Assembly (NCBI GenBank): GCA_040285825.1
Contig: JAUPSS010000008.1
Span: 186,001-250,000 of the forward strand
DNA: 64,000 nt
Direction: 5' to 3'
Source of the DNA: Eukaryota sp. TZLM1-RC
Lineage: Eukaryota; Protista; Metamonada: BaSk clade
In this document: positions 1-9,451 of the stretch, one piece after another
Layout: each line of letters opens with the position of its first letter
Numbering within the stretch: the first letter of the stretch is position 1
Program-made: the position numbers and the translations under genes
The notes under the pieces: generated by a model
What the model saw: only the letters and a program-made list of their open reading frames with translations
Told to the model about the DNA's origin: nothing
Database searches by the model: none

Positions 1-649
1 AACTCAGGAAGAGGAAGTGGAGGTGGGGGAGCACCAGAAAAAGTACGAGGAGGGGGTGCAGCTGAAAGGGGTGGCGCAGCACAAGTTCTTGGCGCAGCTT
101 GGGATGGAAGATCTGCAGTAGACTCGAGTTAAGACTCAAGAATAGCCATCAGTGCCTATACAGGCTGTCTTTTGTTAGTTATCTCCGCTAGTCCATTTTG
201 TGGGATCCAATCTTTTATAGTCAATGTGTGAGCGCACTGAACGAAACCCATAATCTCTATAATAGAAAAGCCAATAATTTTAACAAGATCACTGGCGAAC
301 TCAAATATAGTTGAATGAGGAGCAAAAGGTTCTTGGTCAAAGAGGGAAAGAAATGGTAAGGAAGAAACGGCTGTTGTGACTTGCCTTGGTAACATGTTTG
401 TACTGAATAAAGGAATTAAATTGTGAAATTTTAGGAATTTATTAAATCCACAAACACCCTTGATTAAACGAAAAACTGCTTTGACTAACAACAATTTCAT
501 CAAATTTCACATCAGTTTACCCTTTTTGGAAAAGAAAATGCTTAAATCAGATCCAATATCTATTATAAATGTGCTGACATATCAATTTGTCCATGTTCTT
601 TTGATTTGTGGATGTAAGAAGTTAAAAATAGACCAATTTTGAAAAGTAA

Positions 650-1795
650 CTGAAACTCAGAAATCAATATTTCTGATTGTCTGTGCACCTTCCGTTTTCA
701 GAAAGGTCTATGCAGTCATGGACACCCTTCATCGAGCCTGCACCCTTCATCAGTTCTTTGAGCAGCCAGTGTGTGATTATTTTGATTGACAGCTGACCAA
801 GGTCACCACCATGGCTCACCTGGGCAGCTTGCTGGCCAGAGTTTTTGCTGTGCGCTTCGCTGAAGACAGTCATCTCCTGACTCAGCATCAATTTTGGATC
901 GAGTGTTTTGACGTTGTGGCGGTCTCTAAGCCAAAAGTCAGACATCCATTCAACAGACCTAGCAAAGGCCATGTGTATGAGAAGCTCGAGCGAATCTTTA
1001 CATCATGGCCAATTGCTGTCTTGTTTTTGTCAAGAACAGGTCGTAATCATGCACTACCCACTAGTAGGCCTCTACAAAAACTAGTTGCTGCAAAGTGCCG
1101 CCAGCTGCAAGGCAACTACCAGCAGTTTTTTGCTGATGGACTTTTGTCGTGGAAGCTTAACTTCTTCCGCTCGTATGCAGTAGGTCATAACTGCCCTGCA
1201 CTAGCCACTTAAGCTGGCTCTGTTCTTCACAATAGCACGAACTTTCGTGAACCTCTTCTTTCTTGGTTCAACACACACCATACCATGGCTCTTACTCTGT
1301 TTAACTTCTTGGTTGGTGATCCTCAAAGATACCACACTCTTCTTTCTTCTCGAAGAGTGACCCTTAATCAAGGGAATAGTAGCTACAACTTTCGTTGCGG
1401 CTTAACAATCCAAAACCATCTGGAGCAAGCCTTCCACATACCTTTAGACGACATAGACTCACTCCCATCGCTAATTTGAAACCTGCTTTTGCCCCTTTTC
1501 CTAATGGGTTTTCAACCATTTTATTTCCAAAAACACATCATCAACAATTTTGAAAAACCCTTATTTATTTTTTAAAACAAAAGCTCATGACTACACCATG
1601 TCTTCTAATGGTGATAGTATCCGTATAACTTTCAAGCCGCACCCCAAAGCAACACGAGTGAGATTGTCCGGAGAAACCTTGGCTGATAAGAGATCCAGAG
1701 GGGAACTTGATTACTATGAAACCACTCGGAATAGAAAACATACCTTGCAAGTCAAGGTTGAACGACCAAAACCTCGCCAGAAAGCAAAAGCTACT
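650..1795 (+). pseudogene. Fanzor family-2 fragment (N-terminal/WED part, no RuvC)
   Basis: 1517-1795 closely matches the reverse complement of ~40266-40543 (KNPYLFFKTKAHDYTMSSNGDSIRITF...RGELDYYE), which belongs to a RuvC-containing Fanzor. The extension back to ~650 is inferred from interrupted ORFs 811-1212 and 1285-1479 and is less certain. Confidence 0.6.
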
Positions 1796-1874
1796 AATTA
1801 TAGTAATTATAGTATTTGCCAAAAAATTCATAAATTCATAATTTCTTTTTGGTAGAAATTCACAATACATTTGC

Positions 1875-1925
1875 AAAAAGGACACTTATTTCGTTGTTAC
1901 AGACAACATCTATAAGAATGAGTGA
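1875..1925 (+). ncRNA. Orphan 3' end of Fanzor family-1 omegaRNA / element right end
   Basis: AAAAGGACACTTATTTCGTTGTTACAGACAACATCTATAAGAATGAGTGA aligns without gaps to 4803-4852 (6 mismatches). Terminal stem CACTTATT/AATGAGTG and inner stem GTTGTT/GACAAC. Confidence 0.7.
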
Positions 1926-2289
1926 ATATCTGAGTGGTGGGCTCAGATAGCTTAGTTAATGTTATTAAGATGTTGTAATCATGAGTTGAGGCTTCAATAT
2001 GATGGTACTCATATGAATCGACCAAGTCACAATTATGGGAATCACAAGGAGAGGCGATGGTAAAGAAGACTAAATAGCAAACGAGAAGGACAGTCTTCAT
2101 TGTATGAATGTTTGAAATGGTTGTAATCAAAAAATTTGTGATAAGCAGATGATATTGGAAGAGGGAGTAAACAGATTTTCCCTGCCTTTCAATGGACGAA
2201 ACAGTATTTGAGAAAGGGAGACAGCTTCCGGCGGCGAAGACTCCGTACGGGTGGGAGAAGTGCCTGACACTGACTCAGGATGGCTTTGT

Positions 2290-2375
2290 TGGTAGTTTTT
2301 GTAACACACTACAACGGTAGGCAGTTTCAGTAGAGCCAAAGAACTGGTGGCAGTCTTGGCAGAGTTGCGAAGGGT
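2290..2375 (-). pseudogene. A20-type zinc-finger fragment (frameshifted)
   Basis: The minus strand reads LCQDCHQFFGSTETAYRCSV, then CYK in another frame. This fits the A20 ZnF pattern C-x2-4-C..F(Y/F)G..CSxC. Confidence 0.4.
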
Positions 2376-2506
2376 TGTGGATAACTAGAACCTGAACACA
2401 TCGTCTAATAGCACAAAAATGTCAGATAGTCGTTGAGTTCTCGGTGAATGTAGGTGAAATGAATATATATAACTCAATTCAATTGATTCAGCTCATATAA
2501 AATATT

Positions 2507-3433
2507 TTGTCAACCAAGACAAAAGATGTTTTTATAGCTGTGTTGACAATGAACGAAAATCAGTTGAGACAAAGAAATGCTCCTCTGTACAAAACCATCA
2601 GAAAAAGACGAGCCGATGTATTGAGCATACTTTGGAAACATGTAAAAATACTTTTCATAGAGAATCCGTTGACTCGATATAAATACCCTGTGGTGACACC
2701 ATCAAATGTCAAAACACAATTTACTCTCAGAATTCTACATTTTGATATTGAAATTTTGGTGTTGGGTAAAAGGCTCAGTAATGAGGATGAAATAATTGTC
2801 GTTCTGCAAGGGAACATTCCATCTCTTACTGTCAATCTACAAGAAAGACTGTTGCAAATTCTGTTTCTCATATTTTTACTCGAGAACAGATTGAATTAAA
2901 TCTTTGTTTTTGTGATATTGTAGAAAAGTCAACAATCAGAAATGAACATTATTGCAAAGTTGATGATGAAAATATCTTTTTCATCATCATTCCTCTGAAA
3001 AAGAATTGCTAAGTTCATTTAAAAAATTATTAGAAATTTATAATGATGCCGTTAGGCAGATGAACACACGAAGGAGAGAGAGAAATCTAAGTTTATTAAT
3101 AAAACTGATTCATAAACGAGTAACACGTCATCAGTCGAAATACAAAGAAATCTTCTAAATCAATTTAAGTTCAACAACAATAATAATCCTCATATAATTT
3201 GTGGTTTTAATATTCTCAAATTTGACATCCCACATATTATGAAACGTTCTGAAAATGAGGACTTTTTAAGATTTGAAATCGGTGCTAGTGAATAGATTCA
3301 ATACTATTACTCAAATTTAACAAAAGTGAATCACAAGCACTTGAACCCTTCAATTGCTGGTCGATTTGTTGTTGATACTTGTAGTATTTAAATTATCAAA
3401 CACGCAAACTAAACACAGTTTCTAAAATTCTAA
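2507..3433 (+). pseudogene. Family-B DNA polymerase 3'-5' exonuclease domain remnant
   Basis: ExoI-like LRILHFDIE (~2725-2752), ExoII-like PHIICGFNILKFDIPHIMKR (~3188-3247), GRFVVD (~3358) and TRKLNTVS (~3400). Multiple stops. Confidence 0.7.
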
Positions 3434-4840
3434 TTCAAGGACATTCTTGGTCCAAGGTCGTCTTACCAATGCAATAATCAAGCTGCTGATTTGTTTTTAT
3501 GGAATACCTTTTTGAAAATGGATAAGATTCAAAACACTAAACTTTATTCAGAAAATTCCAAGTACATCATGTCTAGTATCGAGACTGATGGAATAGCAGT
3601 AAGTTTCATTCAATCTAGAATGGACTTGAAAAAGTACAAAGCAACTGCAAAAGAATTGAAAGATAAAGAAAAATATATTGATGACCCCAGCATCTATCCT
3701 TCTGAATTCCAAGATATGACCTTTGCTGCTGCTGATCCAGGGAAATCTGATCTATTCTGTTTTTCTGCCAATTTAGCTTCTGGAATGACTCAGTCAAAAA
3801 GACCTGAGAGAGATAAATATGTTCATTTCAGGTACACTGAAAATCAACAAAGATTTGAGTCGAAAAGTTCCAAATTCAAAAGAATAAGAAACAGCATACG
3901 GAATGACCACCTTATTACAATAAGTAACTCTACTGGTAGAGTGATTGATCTATCCAATTATGAACCATCTGGAGAGCAACAACAAAGGATGGATTTAAAC
4001 AGCAGTATAATTAATCAAATGACTGAAAGAACAGTTAGTTTATTAAGAGGAAAAGTACCTCAAGAAATCAATATTCCCCACGAAATTGATTACTCATTAA
4101 ATTTGAGAAATAATGATCACACGACTAAATCTGTAGCAGAATGGGAAGCAACTTTATCCCAATTCCATTCCAAAAGCTGCAGGTTTGATAGATTTATGGA
4201 GTATATTAAACAAAAGAATTTTGTGAATAGTATTGTTGGTGAAGTCTATCATCAAAAAATATTTAGGAAACTAAGATGGTGGGCTGAGATTAATCGCACA
4301 AGATCTGAAGCGAAGATGATTCAGAAATTCAAATCAGTAATTGGTGATCCAGGTCAAGTAGTTATTGGAATTGGAGACTGGGAACAACGAAAACACATGA
4401 AATTCAAAGAACCTACCAAAGGAAAAAGTTTTAATATTCTATTTAAAATGGCTGGTTATAAGGTCTTTTTGATTGATGAGTTTCGAACCAGTTGCTGTTG
4501 TTTCAACTGTAAGAAAGCGGAGAAAACAGTTGAAACATTCCGATGGTGCAGAAATCCTAGGCCATGGAAGAGACATGAGATGTCTGATCGTCACGGGCTT
4601 ACCATGTGTAAATCATGCGAAAGTTTGTGGAATAGAGATCGAAATGCTTCGCTGAATATGTTGGCAGTGATGGAAGCACATGTAAATGTTGGAGATAGCC
4701 CAGAATTGCTCAGAGAGTCAAGGTTGACAAAAGTACAAAGAAAAAGTTATCAAAAAGAAAATCTTGCACTTCTCAAAAACTCAGTCCCTCAACATTGGTG
4801 TCAAAAGGACACTTATTTCATTGTTATAGACGGCATTTAA
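3434..4840 (+). CDS. Fanzor (TnpB-like RNA-guided endonuclease, Fanzor1-like), family 1, 5'-truncated
   Basis: WED motif IETDGIAVS; RuvC-I AADPG; GIGDW; rearranged RuvC-II IDEFRTSCCCFNC; zinc finger CKSC; RuvC-III WNRDRNASLN. The frame opens at 3434 directly after the PolB remnant (first ATG 3518), so the N-terminal REC region appears to be missing. Confidence 0.9.
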   Translation, partial: FKDILGPRSSYQCNNQAADLFLWNTFLKMDKIQNTKLYSENSKYIMSSIETDGIAVSFIQSRMDLKKYKATAKELKDKEKYIDDPSIYPSEFQDMTFAAADPGKSDLFCFSANLASGMTQSKRPERDKYVHFRYTENQQRFESKSSKFKRIRNSIRNDHLITISNSTGRVIDLSNYEPSGEQQQRMDLNSSIINQMTERTVSLLRGKVPQEINIPHEIDYSLNLRNNDHTTKSVAEWEATLSQFHSKSCRFDRFMEYIKQKNFVNSIVGEVYHQKIFRKLRWWAEINRTRSEAKMIQKFKSVIGDPGQVVIGIGDWEQRKHMKFKEPTKGKSFNILFKMAGYKVFLIDEFRTSCCCFNCKKAEKTVETFRWCRNPRPWKRHEMSDRHGLTMCKSCESLWNRDRNASLNMLAVMEAHVNVGDSPELLRESRLTKVQRKSYQKENLALLKNSVPQHWCQKDTYFIVIDGI

Positions 4841-4851
4841 AAGAATGAGTG
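4705..4851 (+). ncRNA. Putative Fanzor family-1 omegaRNA scaffold overlapping ORF 3' end; guide would start ~4852
   Basis: Conserved with copies at 1875-1925 and 36924-37040 (-). Hairpin GTCC..ACA-TTGG-TGT..GGAC followed by terminal stem CACTTATT/AATGAGTG. Homology to the 1875 copy stops right after GAATGAGTGA. The 5' boundary is approximate. Confidence 0.65.
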
Positions 4852-6023
4852 ACATCCACTTTCCTCTTGATTTTCCTCTTCAATACATCTCCGAAGGCAT
4901 ACAGGTCATTGTTGATGATCAATTCTCTAAATGTTTCACTCCAAGACGCCCCAAAGCTTGGAATTTCAACGGTTCACTCTACATTATATGGCTGTTTGGT
5001 GTTTTCATTCGTTACTTCATTCTTTTCCCTCTTCGCTTAGCTGTATTAGTCATTGGGCTTCTAGGTGTTGTTCTGTGCTTTACTGGTGTTTGTTTCATGC
5101 CACATGGTGACCGTAAACAACGACAAGTTCAAATACTTTTGCGAGTTTTGTGCTTTATTATCAACATTTCTTGGTTTGGTGTTTTGAGGTTTCATTCTAA
5201 GCTTCCAAAGCACAAACCCAATATGATTTATGTTGCAAACCACACCACAATGTTGGATTTAATTGTTCTTTGTCAACACAGGGCCTTTTGTGTTGTCGGG
5301 CAACGTCATAAAGGGTTTGTTGGAGTTTTACAATCCGCTCTTTCCCAGCTAGGGTGTATTTGGTTTGAAAGAACTGATTTGGATGACAGACTGGTTGTTT
5401 CTAAAAGAATAAAGGATCATTTAGCTGATTCACATGCAACACCTTTACTCATCTTTCCTGAAGGTACTTGTGTGGGTAACAATCATATAGTGCAATTTAA
5501 GAAGGGAGTTTTCGAGCTGGGGGCCACAATCGTTCCTATTGCAGTCAAGTATGATTTTGATTGGACTTCAGCCTACTGGAACAGTCGTAGACAAAGCTTT
5601 CTTCATCATTTTATGAGTATGTTAACTTCTTGGTGTGTTGTTGCTGATGTTTATTACATGAATCCTATGAAGCAGTCATTAAATGAAACTTCTATTGAAT
5701 TCGCTGCCCGGGTGCGTCTTGCAATTGCTGAGAGAGCAAAGCTTACCCCAGTTGACCTGGATGGTTACCTTAAGTTTTCCTCTCCTTCGAAGAAGGTTCT
5801 GATGAAAAGACAGGCTGAAGTCTATCAACAGTTGTTAGGTCTCAGAAAAGGCGACAAAGTGCAGTCGATTCCTCAAGTGGAAACCCCTTCACCACCTTCT
5901 TCTCCTCCTCTAACCGCTTCTCCTCCTTTAACCGCAAGGACTCTTTGTGGAGAGTTTAGAAGGAGGTCTGCATCTTTACCAGAAGTTTCATACAATAAAA
6001 TGTTTTTCTATTTGCTTTTTTGA
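4845..6023 (+). CDS. Glycerol-3-phosphate acyltransferase (GPAT3/4, plant GPAT9 type)
   Basis: IVDDQFSKCF, NHTTMLD (HxxxxD), FPEGTC and FKKGVFE acyltransferase motifs; N-terminal transmembrane segments. Confidence 0.92.
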   Translation: MSDIHFPLDFPLQYISEGIQVIVDDQFSKCFTPRRPKAWNFNGSLYIIWLFGVFIRYFILFPLRLAVLVIGLLGVVLCFTGVCFMPHGDRKQRQVQILLRVLCFIINISWFGVLRFHSKLPKHKPNMIYVANHTTMLDLIVLCQHRAFCVVGQRHKGFVGVLQSALSQLGCIWFERTDLDDRLVVSKRIKDHLADSHATPLLIFPEGTCVGNNHIVQFKKGVFELGATIVPIAVKYDFDWTSAYWNSRRQSFLHHFMSMLTSWCVVADVYYMNPMKQSLNETSIEFAARVRLAIAERAKLTPVDLDGYLKFSSPSKKVLMKRQAEVYQQLLGLRKGDKVQSIPQVETPSPPSSPPLTASPPLTARTLCGEFRRRSASLPEVSYNKMFFYLLF

Positions 6024-6066
6024 ATCAAATCTAAATTGTTCCATTATTTCAATAGGAATATATATA

Positions 6067-6697
6067 AATTTTTCTGGAACTATCCGAAATGAGCCCAATC
6101 TCAGCTTTCTATTACATAACATTGAACGAGGTTTCGGCGTTACTGTTTTTTAGTTTATTTTCTTAGTGATGCAGTGTATTTGATTCATGATGTTATACTA
6201 TGTTATCCCCAATAAAAACAATCTGTTTTCACTAATAATATATATTATTATATTACATTATTGAGAAACATTTATTGTGTTAAATGGTCAATCGCTTCAA
6301 CATCTGGTACCTTTGCGCAATGATGATTAGTCAACTTCTGCAGCTCTTTAGAATTACTAAATGTGTGTGGAAGAGACAAAACATTATGTCTTCTTATGTG
6401 ATTTGAAGGTCAATCGTTTCAAAATAGTAAAGACATTATAATCTTCCTCCACAGTTTAATTGCATACTTATGGATGAGGCTTAACCTCGTTAGCAGGGGT
6501 ATATGAAGTAACAACGATCACTGAATATAAGTGTGTGGGTATTTAAATTGGATGTTGAGCCAGAGAAGCATGGAATAAAAACGTTTTGGGAGGATGATTA
6601 CGAAGACGACACAATGTGGGTGATTTGGAGGAAGTATATAGCTATTTAGATGACATTGATTTAAATGTGAGTGAAATGAAATTTGATGATCCAGGGT
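6067..6697 (+). repeat. Unclassified dispersed repeat, copy 1 (blocks 6067-6176 and ~6443-6697)
   Basis: The blocks match 8991-9097 and ~9160-9433 (e.g. identical GATGAGGCTTAACCTCGTTAGCAGGGGTATATGAAGTAACA). Confidence 0.8.
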
Positions 6698-6770
6698 GTG
6701 ATGTACCATACAATAGTGGAAAAGATCGGATCTTCTTCAATTCACCTGATATCATTAAAAAGTACTTGTA

Positions 6771-7643
6771 ATGCTTCAAGTCGCCCTTGAGAATCCTGTT
6801 TTGAAGACTGCTCTTTCAAGCTGGTTCGAACAGCCTCTGGTGTTCATCAACAAATGCAATGATTTTGACGGTTTTTCGTATGTTCTTATGGCTCATAAGG
6901 ATGATTTCAAAACTCTCATGTTTACAATCTCTGCAGACTGCCTACACTTTGGATTGGCTCAAAAGACTGATTTACATAGTTACTTATCAGACATCTTTCC
7001 TGGACTTTTGGTTGATCACAGATCAGAGCAATCTGAGCTTGTATTATGTCTTGAACATGATAAACTTCCATCTGATGAAAATGAACGTCAAACCCTTCTC
7101 TCTAATCTATGTTCTATCCGATCGATCATCCTCGGTGCTCCCATCGATCAGCTTGTGATGAAGTTTGAGAAGAAGGAACCATTGCCCAATGAGCCTTTTG
7201 CCTATAGACTGTCTTCCTTGACTAGTGCTTTTGTGCAGACCAGTCCCGACTCAATAATGGTAACTTTTGGTTTACACTTTACTGATTCTTCGGACCTTGT
7301 TTTAATCAAACCATTTCTTCAAGAGTTGGTTGATGCGAGAAAGATTTCCAAGTTTAACTCTTCACCACCAGTCTCATGGCAATTAAAGGTCCCTTCTGCA
7401 TTAGAAACCGTCACAAAAACCCTTGATTTTGTCCCAAATTGTGGCTATGTCACCTTTGCCTTATTTGATCGTCACTGGAAAAGTAGGAAGATGGCAATGA
7501 TTCACCATTTGGTTTCATTCAAGGACTTTCTTGTCTTGCATTTAAAAGCAATGAAGGCGGAGCAACATGTTCGGTTAAGGAAGAGATTTACTGATTCTTT
7601 GGCTTTGCTAAACAGAGCGAAACCAAGTGTTTCCGTCGAATAG
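6771..7643 (+). CDS. ARPC2: Arp2/3 complex subunit 2 (p34-Arc)
   Basis: DFDG motif, FLQELVDARK, GYVTF, and HLKAMKAEQHVRLRKR...LLNRAKP C-terminal helix. Confidence 0.88.
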   Translation: MLQVALENPVLKTALSSWFEQPLVFINKCNDFDGFSYVLMAHKDDFKTLMFTISADCLHFGLAQKTDLHSYLSDIFPGLLVDHRSEQSELVLCLEHDKLPSDENERQTLLSNLCSIRSIILGAPIDQLVMKFEKKEPLPNEPFAYRLSSLTSAFVQTSPDSIMVTFGLHFTDSSDLVLIKPFLQELVDARKISKFNSSPPVSWQLKVPSALETVTKTLDFVPNCGYVTFALFDRHWKSRKMAMIHHLVSFKDFLVLHLKAMKAEQHVRLRKRFTDSLALLNRAKPSVSVE

Positions 7644-7670
7644 TGTGAATATATAACAAATAAATATTTA

Positions 7671-7706
7671 TTTTGTTTTTGTTTTTGTTTTTGTTTTTGT
7701 TTTTTT
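7671..7706 (+). repeat. (TTTTTG)n microsatellite
   Basis: About 6 tandem TTTTTG units just 3' of ARPC2. Confidence 0.85.
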
Positions 7707-8554
7707 CAGTACCTCCCACTCTTTCTTCAATGACAAAATGATGTCATAAGCTAGTTAGTCCAATCTCAAACTGAGGTGGATCTTCTGTATTTTCTTACAG
7801 TCGAATTCTTTAATTGTTGAAATACCTGTAATTCATCTAGTGAAAGCAATTATATGATTTGGAATTTAGGTTGCTGTATTGTGATCCCAAAGTGAGTTCA
7901 ATTAATTTTTCTAGTGATGCCGTTTCAAATATTTCACTCATTATGTAATCCATAAACTTGTTAAATCTGTTAAATCTTGTTTATTTTAGTGGTTTGAGAA
8001 TATTAGTTTTTTTTTCATCATTAAATTGGAATGGTGATATTAGTTGTTTTCAACAATGCTTACAGGAAGTATAAGGTAATAAATGATGTGTTCTCCTTTC
8101 ATCATACAATTGTGGCAGAAAAAAGTTAAAACTATCAACCAACCAGATGTTCTGCTGGAATTACTGTAAGTATTTATTTAAGCTCTGATATCAGCGCGAC
8201 GAATTGAGACAGACAAGTTATAGGGTTATCACCCAGTACTACTTTTATATACCAACGCCCTATTAATCATTGCTTTCTGTCCAAACCAATTAAATTTCAA
8301 ACTTACAATAAAAAAAAGAACAACAGTGGCTAGGTAAAATTGAAAACAGACACAACCGTATTTAAATTTGTTCTGAAGCAATGAGACGTAAAGTAGAATG
8401 CTTAATGAATCCCCGATCTTCACTGCTAATTGAAATTATTGATGGCATGTCATCACGTCATTATTGTGAACAATAAAACTAACTAGTAATGGTTTTGAGC
8501 TAACAATGGTCATCAAATTTACAAGTAAATTCAATTATTTTCTAAATCACTTTA

Positions 8555-8950
8555 ATTTATAAACTTGCACACTTAACAAAATTAATTCATAACAAATGGG
8601 ACGAATATCCTTGAACAAAGATTTCCTCTACAAAATCTTGATCTGCTTGCTGTCTAGCTAAAAGTTCTCTTATTCGATACAAAAACCGAGGCAATCTATC
8701 AATAATGGCAAATTGAATTCGAGAGCGCCATAAAAAGATACCAAATCTTTTCATTGTTTTTTCTTGAACCTTTCTTTGAAAATCATTAAAAAAATTGCAG
8801 CTTCTACTGATAGTTTGTCGTTTATCGAAAATGGGAAAACAATAAAAACAAGAGGTCTATTTCCATCAGCATTAGCTTTTTCAATATCTTTGTCATATTT
8901 TCTATGTTTTTAACTTTGAATTCATGAGCACTTACAGGATTAAGTCTTCT
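8555..8950 (-). mobile_element. 3' fragment of CRE-like non-LTR family A
   Basis: The reverse complement matches the endonuclease tail (FVEEILVQ) and 3' UTR (CGTCCCATT.GTTATGA...AAGTGTG) of 19100-19440. Confidence 0.85.
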
Positions 8951-8990
8951 AAATTCAATTATTTTTTCACTTAATTTTAATTTAATTCAC

Positions 8991-9433
8991 AATTTTCTAG
9001 AACTATCCGAAACGAACCAATCTCAGCTTTCTATTACATAACATTGAACGAGGTTCCGGCGTTACTGTTTTTTAGTTTAGTTTCTTAGTGATGCAGTTTT
9101 ATATTTTAATATAATATAGATTTATTTTTTTTTATTTTAAATAGTTAATACATCATACTCTTTCTCCACAATTTGATTGCACACTTGGGACAAACTGGGT
9201 TTACTAGATGAGGCTTAACCTCGTTAGCAGGGGTATATGAAGTAACAATGATTGTTAAACGTAAGTTTGTTTGTGTTTATATGGTATGTTGAACCAGAGA
9301 ATCTTGGAATGAAAGCGTTTTGGGAGGATCATTACGAAGACAATACACTGTTGGTGTTTTGGAGGAACTAAAAAGCTTTTTAGATAACATTTTGGATGTG
9401 GGTGAATTGAAATTTACGAAATTTATCCAGGGT
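8991..9433 (+). repeat. Unclassified dispersed repeat, copy 2
   Basis: Homologous to 6067-6697; lies outside the MULE TSD. Confidence 0.8.
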
Positions 9434-9451
9434 ATATGCACATAAAATATA

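Noticed and set aside
1-640. Short ORFs at the window start, and also at 7700-8500, 22240-23070 and 50050-51300
   Set aside because: They look like decayed coding debris but have no recognisable motif, so they were left unannotated.
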